A DNA stretch of 64,000 nucleotides from Sphyrna mokarran (lineage: Eukaryota): contig JAGIQG010000016.1 of NCBI GenBank assembly GCA_024679065.1, positions 11,966,001 through 12,030,000 of the forward strand, written 5' to 3'. Position 1 is the stretch's first letter, and each line of letters starts with the position of its first letter. This document shows, in pieces, positions 11,690 through 24,514 of the stretch. Made by a program: the position numbers and the translations under genes. The notes below the pieces were generated by a model that made no database searches, was not told where the DNA came from, and saw only the letters and a list, made by a program, of their open reading frames with translations.

Positions 11690-13640
11690 CTTAAGGGCCA
11701 ACTTGGAGAACGCTGACCCGAAGATAATGCCTCTGGAAATCTTTGCCATCAGTGTATGAGATCGACAACGGTGGCCAAATCACATGAGTATGTGCTGTGC
11801 ACGTGGTGTGCGGTGTTTTCAGTGTGATGATAAATCCATGTTTGATCCAGCACATATTACAAATGTTGCCATGACCCTCCAAACATATCAGGAAATGTCG
11901 TCCTGTGCCAGAGCACCTGTATCTTTGTCGAGAGCATCCTGATGCCCATTGTACAGCTTATTTCACGATGCCATGAATTTCGTACAGAAACTCCGCACCA
12001 ATGGACCCATTGAACTAGGAAAGCTCCTCGTCACAATTGACGCCTCTACACTCTATCCCAACATTTCTAAGGATGACGACATTGCTGTAATAGCCACAGT
12101 ACTCAGACCGACAGCTGCAAATCTTCAAACACAATTGCAAAACACAACTGCTTCACACTGAACAACAAACATCATCAGTTTTCATAATCATCCTTCATCC
12201 CAAAAATATGGAATAAACATGGGGGCCAACTTCACACCCCTAAATGCCAACAGGCTCATAGAGATGATCAAAAGAGACCACTTCATGGCAGTTCTACCTC
12301 AATTGACGTTACATATCAGATATATCCATGACATTTTTTTTCCTTTGCAGACATGATGATGTATCACTTAAGCGACTAGAAAATGACATAAAAGGTCGAT
12401 CCCAACATCAATCTCACCATGGGCTACACTCCAGAATCGCTTACATTCTTCGTCACACACATCTGCAGTATGAACTGTCATCTCAGCACTTCACTGATGC
12501 AAGCCTATTTTGAAAATCTCATGATATTCCATTTTTCCAGCTCCACCGTAAACACGCCAAAAAAAATGTACTAGAGAAAAAAAAACCTCTGCAAATGCAA
12601 GATCTGCTCAGTCAGGAGGAAAACAATGTCTACAGATGCTGAAAGACGTCTGGGTAAGAACTGGATATAATGTTTGAATCATTGACGCAAAGTTCTTATG
12701 CACCAGAGAGAACAACCACATTGGCCTGATCAGAACATAAACATAGGACGTGACTGAAAGAGTAACCTTCACCGTTTAATAATTCCCCGGAGTAGAGAAA
12801 TATGACATTATCTTTTGACCCTTAAACATTCATTGTCGAGGAAGAACATCTCCCCAAAGTCATCCCCCACTTCTTGCCTGCAAAGAATTGTACAATCTCA
12901 ACCTTTACACTATTCACAGTAAAGTACTCAGCCTTTAGGTCTGCTGTCAGAACACCACACAACACTGCCAAGGTAACCTCTGCAATATGTGTCAGATCAT
13001 CCATATGGATATCACGATTACACGTGAAAACACCAAGCACCAGGCACAGAATACACAGTTACATGACTCGGTTAACATTGTCTTCTTCATACCCTGAAGA
13101 AAAGCTAAATCTCGAAGCATGATACATCAGGGAGACCATACAGGTGTTACAAGAACGGATGAATGGTCGCAGCCAGGCATAAATGTTTCCCTCCACTTTC
13201 GGAAAGCGTCAGCAGTCAAGGAGATTCAACTTCCGATCTTTTGGTAAATGGTCTCTAAGGCAACCGTCAAAGCACACAGCATTACGGAATCGCCTTGAAG
13301 AAATCGATAACAAATATCTGCAAGCATGAAAATGGCCTCAATTGTAATATGTGTTTTTTGTCATACTGCATGTAACCTCCAGTATTTGGGGTAGATTTGC
13401 ATAAGCCTACTCTCTTCGCTGGCCTGTGACAATCCACACTTATTTACCGTGTGATTGTCCCTGTTTCCACTTGGACTGTCTTTACCGATAAAGGCCTGAT
13501 TATTTGCGAAGACTCGCATTACAATCATTATCTTTCAATCGTATTTTGTCTAAATATGCGGTGTTTGCGAAACCTACTTCTCATTCACCTGAATAAGGAG
13601 CAGCAATTAGTGAGCTTGCGATTCCAAATAAATCTCTTGG
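11690..13640 (+). mobile_element. Penelope-like retroelement, degenerate (RT + GIY-YIG)
   Basis: NFVQKLRTNGPIELGKLLVTIDASTLYPNI (Penelope RT); YIRETIQVLQERMNG at about 13123 (GIY-YIG); terminal cacctga..aaggagcagc..caaataaa..ttggact segment. Confidence 0.85.
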
Positions 13641-13759
13641 ACTTTATACTTGTGTATGTGACATCTCACTGTCCCCATCCAAGTATAACGTCGACATCTG
13701 TAAATAAGCATTTAAGAACTGGCACGGCAGCCGGAGTTTGGAATTCATGTCAGGTGTTT

Positions 13760-14060
13760 TTTTTTTGCAGTTCTTTGCACTGATGGTGGACAAGGCGAAA
13801 CTCAAGGATTTTGATTTTGTTGTCTGAAATGTGTATCAATCTAGAGTTAAGGACCATGTGAGTAAAGTTGACATACTTCCTGAAAGTGCAATGCTGACAG
13901 TGGTTTTTTGTTACAAGATAACTAAAATGGGCTCACAGTAATACTTATAACCACACTTTAAAATCAGATTTGAATTACATTCAACATTGATTTGATGTGT
14001 TGGGATTTGTATCCTGCTGTGGTGAAATTTATACGAAGCTTCTTAATTTTTATCCCTATA
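13760..14060 (-). mobile_element. Old SINE fragment related to 16160-16490 (approx.)
   Basis: Shares the gagttaagga..ccatgtgagt..cttcctgaaag and tgggatttgtatcctg segments. Confidence 0.4.
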
Positions 14061-14106
14061 GCAATAAGAAAACACCTCTCTCCCATCTCCGCTTCCTTTC
14101 CTATAC

Positions 14107-14586
14107 CTCGTTCTGCACAATATTATCGTTCAAGGAAGTCTTCAAACCATTCTGATTCTTGGCGGAATTGTTGAATGTGTTGAAGATGTAATCATCCAGC
14201 TAAGCTTGGACGTTGAAGAGTTCTGCAGCAACTTCATCATATTGTCCGCATATAAAAGCTCCTCTATTATGTTTCTCTGTGACGCTTATATTATCATTTG
14301 GAATGAAAACTGCTGACGTGCACTTGGCAAAATATGCGAAGAGAAAGCGGAATTTGATATGGAAATAATGATCACTGGGATTAAGAATGTCCCTTACGTA
14401 TTTTGTCCTCTTTACCACACACATATCTTAGGCTATTCTGTTGAAATAATACTGAAGTATTGTCACCAGGTACCTTTCTCTTTTTGGTTCAACTTATCTT
14501 CTATGAGAATGAAATGTAATTGCATCAGCACGGTGTTTTGACGTATTTTTAAACACAATGAATCAATAACAATAAACACATTTTAC
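14107..14586 (-). pseudogene. Exon remnant, full CTLD
   Basis: ttttacag acceptor, GAG|gtata donor; IVIDSLCLKI /fs/ SKHRADAITF...ERYLVTIL...AKCTS...RGAFICGQY. Confidence 0.65.
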
Positions 14587-14849
14587 CTGTAAAATTTAAC
14601 AATTGAAATTATTATGTGCAATACCTGCGACAATTTAAAACAACAACACAATAAATTGCGTGGCCATGAACAGGCATTTGGTGCAGGGAGTTGCATTCAT
14701 AAAACTGGAAAACAATACAGTATGAGGAAATGACATATTAGCGAAATCACATTCCACAGAGCTGGATGATTAAAGGGCTGTCAACAAAGTTGTGTTTCAG
14801 TTAGTGTCTCATCAAAGAGAACAAAAATGAGACCATGGCAAATCATGGG

Positions 14850-15203
14850 TGGCACGGTAGCACAGTTGTGTGGCACGGTAGCACAGTGCTCAGAAATGCT
14901 GCTTCGCAGCTCCAGAGACCTGGGTTCAATTGGAGCTTGGTTCACTGTCTGTGTGGAGTTTGTACATTCTCCCCTTGTCTACTTGGATTTACTGTGGGTG
15001 CTGTTTTATCCTCCCACAGTCCAAAGATTAGACTGATTGGCCATGCCACAAATGCCCCTTAGAGCTCTGGCATGCATAGGTTAGAGGGATTAGCATGTAT
15101 ACCTGTAGGGATAATGGGATAGGGCCAGGGTAGGATCGAGGTCGATGCAGACTCGATGGGCCAATTGGCCTCTTTCTGCGCTGTAGAGTTTCCATGATTT
15201 TAT
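14850..15203 (+). mobile_element. HE1-like tRNA-derived SINE with duplicated head
   Basis: GGCACGGTAGCACAGT twice, GGTTCAAT B-box, gtgtggagtttgtacattctccc core, CR1-type tail. Confidence 0.9.
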
Positions 15204-15214
15204 ATGCCTGGTAC

Positions 15215-15546
15215 AGAGATAATTAATTAAACAGAGATATAAGATTGGTTGCCATGTCACGAGTGAATGAAGTTCTGAGTTTATGGGCTGGATTGTTGTC
15301 TGAACAACAGGCAACATAAAAGTGACAAAGAAAATTGAAATCCTGCTAGAAATTGGGATTATGGAGAATTGCGTAAACAAAAAAAAAGGATGTTGAAGAA
15401 ACGCGAAACACAGAAAGTAAACGGGCACATGATTCAACGCTGGTATCACTCGGTTTGCACAAATGATCTACTGCATCCATCGGTTTAGAACGATGGGCCC
15501 GCAAATGGTTGACAACAAGGAGGGCATTCCAAAACAAATCATTGAT
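15215..15546 (-). pseudogene. Exon remnant, CTLD start (approx.)
   Basis: LCKPSD /fs/ VPVYFLCF /fs/ RVSST. Confidence 0.4.
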
Positions 15547-15635
15547 CTAAATATTTCAGTGCTTTGCTGTGGAAAGACATGCACAGAGTAGTGAAACTAA
15601 ACTGATTTTTTACATCCCAAACAGCATCTGTTTAT

Positions 15636-15951
15636 CATCTGTTTATCTCTTTATCCATTCATCTATACGTCGTTCTGTCCATCTATCTATCTACCTATGT
15701 ATCTATCTATGGAGAGAGAGAAGAGAGAGAGAGAGATTTTGACGCGTCGCCCTTTCAATTCTGCCTCCTTCCTTCTATCCTTTACATCTTTCCATACTTC
15801 TTTCCTTCCTCCTAACCTTCCTTCTCTCGTTCCTTCCTCCCATAGTTCTTTCTTCCTTCTTTCCTTCCTTCCTTCCTTCATTTCTTCCTTCTTTCCTTCG
15901 TTCCTTCCTTCATTCATCCCTTCCTTCTTTATTTCTTCCCTGCTTCCTTCC
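15636..15951 (+). repeat. Compound microsatellite (TATC)n-(GA)n-(TTCC)n
   Basis: Directly visible. Confidence 0.9.
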
Positions 15952-15958
15952 TAATTAC

Positions 15959-16105
15959 CTTCCGAAGCTTTAACCAATGATTTTCAGAAATAGCATAATA
16001 TTGCAGATGTGTGATATCCCTGTAATCGATACGTCACTTCATGCCATCGGCAGCACTCGTCATTGTTACCATCTGTTTCCAACCAACAAATAGGCATATT
16101 TAAAG
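15959..16105 (-). pseudogene. Exon remnant, CTLD first half
   Basis: AAG|gtaatt donor; CRWHEVTY /fs/ DITHLQYYAISENHWLK. Confidence 0.5.
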
Positions 16106-16159
16106 CTGACATTATCCGTTTTTTTCATTATTCAATGTTGGTCATGACAGTCTCTGGCT

Positions 16160-16490
16160 GGCCAACATTTAACGCCCATCCCTCATGGCACTTATTCAGA
16201 GGCCAGCTGAGTGTCAAATACATTGCAATGGCCCTGGAGTCACATGCAAGCCAGACCAGTTCAGGAAGGCACATTTAATTTCCCCAAAAATGCATTATTT
16301 ACCATTGTGGGCTTTTTTGACAATCGACAATTTCGCAGTTATCTGTAGATTCTTATTTTAAGGTTTTCCATTTCTTATTGCATTCAAACTCTAACAGCTC
16401 TTGTGTGGGATTCGAATTGGCTTCCCTGAATATTAGCTGACTTTCTGGATCAGTATTCCAGCGATAATTCCACGAAGCCAATGCATGCCC
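16160..16490 (-). mobile_element. tRNA-derived SINE (non-HE1 type), antisense
   Basis: ggccaacatttaacgcccatccc tail, ctggagtcacatg..ccagaccag core, gggattcgaa (reverse B-box). Confidence 0.75.
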
Positions 16491-16694
16491 CTCGTTGTGT
16501 GCATTATACAGAATTGATTTCCTATTCCATCCAGCTTTGATTGGCATTTTTTTTTTAATTGTACTTTTCCACATCAATTCGTTAATGGTATGTGCATACA
16601 CTTTTTTCAATATAAACAATAATTTACTGGTATACTTTGCTTGGTTTCACCCTGTAATTGTCGTCCTTCTGCATCCATGCATCTTCTTACTCAC

Positions 16695-17099
16695 ACCAAT
16701 TGTGCATACAGTTGTAATAACAGCTTTATTATTATTTTATTTAAAAATGCTGATATCATTGCATACTTTATACATTCAAACCTTTGAAGTTTTTGCTCGT
16801 TGATTCACATGTGGTTCGATGCAGATAAAAGTTTAGAATATAATAGCATTGTGCACCTGCATCTCTGAGACTTTTCTTCAGATTGGCTAACGCTGTTGTG
16901 GGAATAAAGCAGTTTCAAATTAGTGAGTACAATAATCACGTCTTTTTATTGAGCAAGGAATGTTGATGATCATAACCAGTTGCCCTTCCAATGTCTGAAG
17001 AAAGCAGGGACGGATTAAGGGTGCAACAGCAATAATCACGCATATAATAATAAAAAAAAATCTCCCAGTAAATTGTCATTTTACTGCTATATCTGTTTC
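16695..17099 (-). pseudogene. Exon remnant, CTLD end and next CTLD start
   Basis: gtgagt donor; RPCFLQTLEGQLVMIINIPCSIKRRDYC; GAQCYYILNFYLHRTTCEST. Confidence 0.7.
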
Positions 17100-17331
17100 C
17101 TGACCGTGGCTCTCTGTCGAAACATTTATTTGAAATGTTTTATTTTAATTATTTCAAACAGATGTTGGATTTTCAATAGTTTTAAAAACAGAGATTTAAT
17201 GTATGCAGTCCCTGCCGCTCAGGATAATTGAAATCAGTGAATGTTGAAAATCTGCATTTCCAAAACGTAATGGGCTAAAATTGAATTGATATTTTTTTTT
17301 TTAAAAATTGACATCTTTTGGCGACTACTTG

Positions 17332-17490
17332 AAGGATTTCTTTTCGTTCTTGCTAATGCGCTCCCAACGACGTTAATATTGGGTTCTGCATGAATCGCCC
17401 AGACGAGAATAGCCAGTGTGGTTGAATCTGTTTATCAGAGAATATTTTTATGTTGACCATGTAACACCACATCGAGGTAGAAGATCTTTT
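17332..17490 (-). pseudogene. Exon remnant, CTLD start (approx.)
   Basis: PRCGVTWST*KYS...GDSCRTQY*RRWERISKNE. Confidence 0.45.
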
Positions 17491-17659
17491 TTTCTGCATT
17501 GCGAAAGAAAAAAAAACATTCCTATTGTTTATTATTATTTCTATTATTTGTTTATTCTATTGTCTGAACGTTGCTTTATATAACACGTGCAGGAAGACAG
17601 CAGCACGTTGAAAGTCAATGCTTTCAATAACTCTGCCAAAAGTTTGAATTGCATGTGAG

Positions 17660-18245
17660 CATGGGTTAAACTGCAGAATGCATTATTACATGTTCCACCT
17701 GGAATTTGGTATCCTCGTGCATCAGTCACTGAAAGGCAGCGCGCAGGTACAGTAGTCAGCAGTGCGGCCTTCATGGAGAGAGAATTTGAGTGGAGAAAGA
17801 TGGAAGTTTTTCTGCAATGATGTTGGTTGTTGGGGAAGTTTCCCTTGGATCTTTGCCTGCAATTTTGGGGTTCTTTGTGAGGAAGGGTATGTTTACAAAA
17901 GAGTGTTTTCAGCGAAGTTTAAGCATATTGATCCTTGCGTTGTTTCGCGTAAAGAGATCGTTTCGCGTAAAATTATATTCATTGGTGCTTAGATGTGCCA
18001 GAGTGTACCTCCTGTAAGCATTAAATTCTAACACAATGGGACAAGGCAGTTTCGGAAAGAATGTTCCCATACGCGGGGGAATCTAGTTGTTTGAAGATAA
18101 AGGGTAAATTATTCGGGACTGAGAAGAGGAGAAATTACTTCAACCGAAAACTCCATACTTAATGGAAATATCTTCTACGGGAAATAATTGAGAGCGAGAT
18201 GTTAGGTGACTTCAAGTCAAAAATTGATCTAAACTTTTGGCTGAA
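17660..18245 (+). mobile_element. Old CR1 3' fragment
   Basis: Degenerate PHLEY, VQRRF and RNYF-type segments. Confidence 0.6.
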
Positions 18246-18254
18246 TGGAACTGT

Positions 18255-18580
18255 GCATGGCATAATAGTTAGCTCAGCAGACTTACAACGCCAGAGATGC
18301 AGGTTTAACTCTGGCCTCGGTTCACCATTTGCATCAAGTTTGCACAATGTCCCCATGCCTGTGTGGATTTCCTCCATTTACTCCGGCTTCCTCCTACAGT
18401 CCAAAAATGTGCAGGATAGGGTCACTCACCATGCTAACTTGTCTTTTTTTTTAATCAGGGGGGCGTATCAGGCAAAATACGTATTGTCACCAAGATAGGC
18501 TCTGGTTCTGGTTGTTGTTGCTAATGGCTCGATGGGCCGAATGATCTCACTGTGCATTGCAGCGATTCTTGGACTGAAGC
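18255..18580 (+). mobile_element. HE1-like SINE
   Basis: ccagagatgcaggtttaac head; gtgtggatttcctcc..ctccggcttcctcctacagtccaaa core; gatgggccgaatg tail. Confidence 0.8.
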
Positions 18581-19059
18581 ATTATACATTATGGAGAAGA
18601 CCGGATCAGTATTTTGAAAATGCTGGTCAATCATGCTTAAAATGTATTGCAGAACAGGCTCGAAAAATTGTTGCTAATGGCAAAACAAAATTCACAATGA
18701 CGCCCGGAATATTATGATTGCATTACTTTCTCATAATTGACATTGCTTTTAATGTACCATTCAGCATGTCGTTTACGGAAGTTTTATCTTTTGTTCTTTT
18801 CGATTCTATCCTACCTTTAACTTCAGTGTCAAAACAATAATCTTATTATGGAATGTTCCACATGACTGCATTGTATCAATCAGCACGAAAAACACTGAAG
18901 AACAATTAATTTGTTGTTAAATGTTAATTAAATGTTCGATTTACTGATTACATTTGTAAACATACCTAAAATTTCCACTTTCAATGTGCATTTCACCTAA
19001 AAGGAAACTCTACGTAGCTTAACAATAGATTTGAAAACAACTTATGGCAGCACGTTCAG

Positions 19060-20420
19060 AAGACAAATAAGGCCCGTTGACAAAACTCTGTCCGAAAGAT
19101 ACACCTTTAAGCAGTAACTCGAAATATGATAATATTTGGTATCACGGAAATTAATGATGATCATAATGATCGCTTTGTGAATGGAAGTTATACCTCCAAA
19201 GTCTTGTGTTTAAAGAGGTCTTCGGGTTCACCATTTTCTGGCTGAATAAATTCCTTCTCATCTCATTTTTAAAAGACGGTTTCTTAGTCTGTGGTTGTTC
19301 CCTTTGATTATATGTTTTCTTTTTTTTCCGTTTAATGAAAACAGCCTCTCAACGTTCACTCTACCCAAGCCTCAGACTATGAGGTCCAATGGGTCTTACC
19401 CTCAATCCCCATTCATTCTTCTAAACTATGACGAGTGTAGACAAATAGTCCTCGACCGTTCCTCGTACGACAAGCTCTTCATTACAGTGATCGCGCATGT
19501 GACCTCCTCTAGATCCTATCCAAAGCATCCTTTCCTCAATACGAGACCCACGGCTGCACGCAATACTCAAAATGCGGTCTACCCAGGGCCTTGTATAGTC
19601 CCATAAGTGCAACCCTGTTCTTGTATTCACGGCCTCTTGATTGGAATGTCATCACTCTGCTTGCCTTGTGAACTGCTGACTGAACGTCTATGTTAATCTT
19701 AAGAGAACCTTGATCCAAGAGTCCTAAGTCCTTTAGTGCTTCTGAATTCCAAGCGTTTCCCCATTTAGGAAACAGTCTATGGCTCCATTACCCCCTCTAA
19801 TGTGCAAAACATTTACTTTACCACACTCTATCCTATCTCTCACTTCTTTGTACACTCTTCTAACCTTTCTGTGTCTTCTGCAGTCCCTGTTTTCTTAATA
19901 CTACCTATCCCTCTTCATATATCTGCATCATCTGCAAATGTAGCAATAGTGTCTTCAGACCTACTTCCAAATCGTTAGTGTAAATTGTGAACAGCTGTGA
20001 CTGCCAAAAATTAGTTCACCTCACGTTTCATCCAATTTCATTACATTTGTCTGCACGAGGCCCTCGAACCAAAATCGCCTTGAAGCGATGGTGCATTCTC
20101 CTCATTTCTGACACATCCACCTTTAGATACGTCAATTGAAAATCCGGACGTGTTACGTTTAATCTTCACATTCAAATCATTAATATGCATTGTACGTGCA
20201 TAAAATGCAAACATTGATCTTTCGAGAACAATAATCATAGCTTGCTTACTTGCAGTATATATATGTGTGTGTGTATATATATGTATATATACTTTTGGAT
20301 AATCAATTCTCACCCCATGCCAGCAAATTGCCACTGACTCCGTGTGTTTTAAGTTTTCTTACAATGCCCTTGTGACCGGTCTTATGAAAGTATTTCTCAA
20401 AATCTCAACTAACAACATCC
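19060..20420 (-). mobile_element. Old CR1 LINE fragments
   Basis: SRGREYKNRVALMGLYKALGRPHFEYCVQPW (ORF 19536-19718); FADD remnant near 19930. Confidence 0.85.
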
Positions 20421-20595
20421 AGCTGCCACCATAGTCCCGATCAGCAACAGCCCATCCAATCCACACTCCAGCCCCCACCTCCAGACAGTACGCAGCCTTC
20501 AGTCTCTATCCCACGCTTTCATCTGTCAAATCGGCAAAGCAGTTATTTCGATCCTGGCCAGTACTAATGTTGATTCTGAAATGCCTGTTGTCACA

Positions 20596-21170
20596 TTCTG
20601 TTTCAATAGAATAGAGCATTTATGTTACTAATGAACTCGGGTTAACAGTTCTCTAGTGCATCATATAGTACTTCCCATTCTGAATTGTAGTTTTACATTG
20701 ATCAGGTTCCAGCACTGCAATGTTCTATGGCATGTTGCACACTATCCATCAATGCATTTATTGTCTCTGCAAGTCCGTATTTTAGCAAACACCGACATAA
20801 AACGCCCAGACCAGTGGTTTTAAACCCCTATTACTTATCTAGTGTTAATTATCTCAGTTTTTTTTTACATTGTTTGTTTTTATTTTCTTGCATTTTTCCA
20901 CAAGGAACAACATCAAATGTGTCTTAAGTTTTCTGGCATTACATAGTTCGCTGTTAGATCTTCTAACGGGCTGAGACTGGACGTTTGGCAATCCTTAGCA
21001 TTTGCAATCGCGTTTACATTTTTTTTCATGTTAAATGTCATCTTGCTTGAATAATGTTTTTTCGCTTCTTAACAATTTACGTTCTCCAACTTGCGCAATT
21101 CATTGAAGTATCAAAAATTTGAACAATTGTTAATTTTGCATTCATCTTTTGTTGAACTCTTATAATTTTA
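20596..21170 (-). pseudogene. Exon remnant, CTLD end and start (approx.)
   Basis: NNCSNF*...ENVNC*EAKKHY; KPLVWAFYVGVC*. Confidence 0.55.
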
Positions 21171-21479
21171 ATTTTAATTTTATTTTTTAATAAATGTTCC
21201 TGTTTTGAGTTGAAATTTATGTGAGTATATCTTTGTGCACATAAACGACGCATAATTTTAATATTTTACCATTAATTATCTATCGCATATATTCGATATG
21301 TGCCAAATACAATTTACTCCCCCTAATAACAAGATGACTCAGCTTAACTTTAAGTTCTGATACCTAGAATTGTCGGTTGATCTATGTATTTCTGTTGAAA
21401 GTAATATTGCAACTACTGCAATAAATTGTCTTTGATAATGATGACCTTGATTATCTTTAGCCAGTAGAGAATCGGATTG

Positions 21480-21800
21480 TTTTATTATGAAGTTGCTTAC
21501 ATTATGACAAGACGCAAGTCGGCTTACATTGAGACTGCAATGAAGTTACTGCGAGAGTGCACCAGTCACCATATTCTGGCTTCTATTCGTGCACACTGAG
21601 GAAGAATTTAGCATGGCCAGACCACCTAATTTACATATCTTTCGGACTGTGAAAGGAAACCAGAGCACCTGAAGGAAACCCACGGAGACAGCAGGAAAAC
21701 TTGCAAACTCCGCAGTTACAGAGACTCAAAACTGGAATCTCACTTGAGTCCCTATGCTGCTAGACAGAAGTGCTAGACAACTGCTCCCGCATGCCACACA
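21480..21800 (-). mobile_element. HE1-like SINE, antisense
   Basis: tctttcggactgtgaaaggaaaccagagcacc..gaaacccac..tgcaaactcc. Confidence 0.85.
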
Positions 21801-22231
21801 TAAAATTGCAGTTCTACATGACCCTAAAAAATTGCAAGCACCTCTAATTTTCAGAATTATATTGTTACTAACATAATACTATTTGTTTGATATCCAATTT
21901 GGACTTCTGGCAGTTAAGGTTTTTCAGTCCACACAATCCAAGTCTACGTTTTGTTTACAATCAAGGTGCAGCAGTTATAGAGCCCTATTAAAAAAAAAGC
22001 AGCGCGTTCGAGTGGATTGTTCTTTTTCGAAAATGCCATGTTTTCGGGGCAATTGAGGTCGAAATTTGTATTTTCTGCATGCACGTCTCTCTAATGCCCA
22101 CTAGTTCAAATAAATATAATTCGAACTGAACTAGTAATTGGCTGTCTTACCGCCATCAAAAAAAAACATAAATTTGGAAAGTTTCATTAGCTCCCATGTT
22201 TGTTTATCTACTTCATTAACTTTTTTTTTCA

Positions 22232-22690
22232 CCAAAGATATTTTTGGAAATTTAGAACAAAGTGATTCTTGCTAGCAGCTAGATACGTCGATAACTGAAT
22301 AATTGCAATGGAATCAGCGGGCAGCAAAATCGTCAATATGTTTCATTTAAGTTTGTAATGTTCTGCTGAGAAGTGGAACAAAAAAATGTGCACCACTAGA
22401 AAAACATGCATCAGCTTTGGTGTTACGAGAATACACGGGAAAATGTCTATTTACGATCATTGGTAATTCATTTAAACTTTCCAAAAGTGTGTTTTTATGG
22501 ATAAGAACAAGTTAGAAAGCTTGGAATGACAATACTGAGAGTAGCAGAATCAGAGAGTAGTTTAGTGCAATATACTTCATTAAGAAAGGAATAAGTAAAA
22601 TGCCTGCTACGAAGCACCTTCTTCATTTTATGGCATATTTTACCTGCAACGTTTTCAGTACTCTCTTCATCTGTGCACAGTTGAGGTGAA
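22232..22690 (-). pseudogene. Exon remnant, CTLD
   Basis: VAGKICHKMKK...EVYCTKLLSDSATL; GKFK*ITNDRK*TFS...CMF. Confidence 0.6.
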
Positions 22691-22792
22691 ATGCAATTTT
22701 GAAACAAAAACATGCAATTTATTCCGATTGGAATGACTTATTTTCAGAAATGGCTACTTTGTTTTCCAAAGTGGCAAACAATATATGCTCAC

Positions 22793-22930
22793 CATTAATG
22801 TCTATATTACGGCAGTTGTTTTTTTTTTTATTTTTTGTTTCCTTCCCTCGTTCAGACAACGAGGAATATCGGAATTCAGAAGTCTCCGTGTCAACCTATT
22901 CCTTCGCACGATATGCTGTATCATCCCTCA
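22793..22930 (-). pseudogene. Exon remnant, CTLD end
   Basis: ttattttag acceptor, ATG|gtgagc donor; EG*YSISCEG...F*. Confidence 0.6.
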
Positions 22931-23167
22931 CTAAAATAATCAACACTTGTTCAGAAAGTACAGTTTAATTTCATATTATGCTACATTCTCAGTGCAACAG
23001 TACATGATGAAAAAAAAAATCATTTAACGGAAGTAATTCAGTTGTTTTCCCGGAATGCAATTTAATAACGATTGCTTAACATCATCGAATAGACTGCAAA
23101 TTAGTAATCAGTTGACACATGTGTGTCAAATAATGATGCGTTTGCTGATATTATCAACTCTGTAATA

Positions 23168-23949
23168 CCTATTTTTCAAATAATTGAAGTGAATTTCCTT
23201 TCAGCAAAGGAATCTTTGTATTTTTTTTTCCCGTAAGAGATGTTTTATTTGTGCAAAATCCGAAAGATTGCTGACGTTTCAATATATGTTTGTTTAATTA
23301 TTCTGGATCAAGTGTGCAGAGGTTTGCTTAGATTCATAACCGAACTATCTATCTACATATCTATTTATCTGCAAGGATGTGTGTTTTTTTTTCCTAGAAC
23401 AAAACTTCAGCAATTAGATTGTAATCGACGGTTTCTTGTTGGAATCCCTGTCAGAGTGTCGCAACATTTTAAATCTACAGCCGTTATCATTATCGAATAG
23501 TTCAGTTGACAGACAACGCTTAAATCGCAAGAGGACGAAAATAAAACAATATTAATTATGTTCTAAATCACAGTTTTGTCTACAGGTTATACAGAATTTT
23601 AGTACAGTGTGTCTTGCCTCGATCATAGAAGGTGAATTAAACAATGTGAGTTTTCATTATTAGCATTTCTGGAACAATGAAATGTTCTCATGTGGAACAT
23701 GCACGGTGTTGTGCTTAATATGGATAGCTCTTAATCTGTCATACTGAATACATCATACACAACAATGCTGTGTTCTGCAATTGAGCAAATAAAAATATGA
23801 TGCCTGCTGTCGTGCCCAGGTAATCAATACTGATTGCTAAAAGTTTCATGTTCAACATTGCTATCGGCTCAGCGTAAAATTGAATTGGCTTGCTTAGTTT
23901 GGAAATGCACATATGTTGCATATTGAATGTCAAGCTTCTGCATTTCAGT
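23168..23949 (-). pseudogene. Exon remnant, CTLD(s)
   Basis: tttgtcgcag acceptor; in frame ILR*ADSNVEHETFSNQY*LPG...ICS...TTPCMFHMRTFHCSR. Confidence 0.65.
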
Positions 23950-24514
23950 CTGCGACAAATGATGGTAATTCAAGGTGCTCTAAAGAAATAGTCTGAGGGA
24001 GGAGGATAGATACGATCTATTTTGGAAATACTTAAATCCATTCGAGAATGTTTTTTTTTCTGTTGTCATTTTTTGAATCTCCTGACGTAACCTTGTTTGT
24101 ATGCAACAATCGCTGCATCGTGTTCTTGTATTTTGTATATTTGCATGCGAAGTTAAATTTTTGGGAAAGGAATTTATTGCCTTTCGAGTAGTTCGAAACT
24201 GCAAAATCACCGCATGCGTAAAATAGTCCACTATTTTCCGCACATTCTTAACGTCCCCGGGGCATACAGTTACGTGGAGTTCTATCCGCTTGTAATCAAC
24301 ACTCATGACCTCCTCTGTAAGAATATGTCCACAATACACTTCCAGTCGCTTATCTGACCTGGTGGTAACGACGATAGATGGCGTGCGAACTAACATTCAG
24401 CATCGAGATATGGATTGGAAGCAATGGGAAATTCGCCACATTTTCTGGTGAATTTGCCATTTAAGTTTATCCATTGAGATATTTCTGCGCTGTGTGATAA
24501 AAAAAAACTGTCGA

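Noticed and set aside
15687-15954. Charged or hydrophobic low-complexity ORFs (also 45898-46287)
   Set aside because: Translations of microsatellites.
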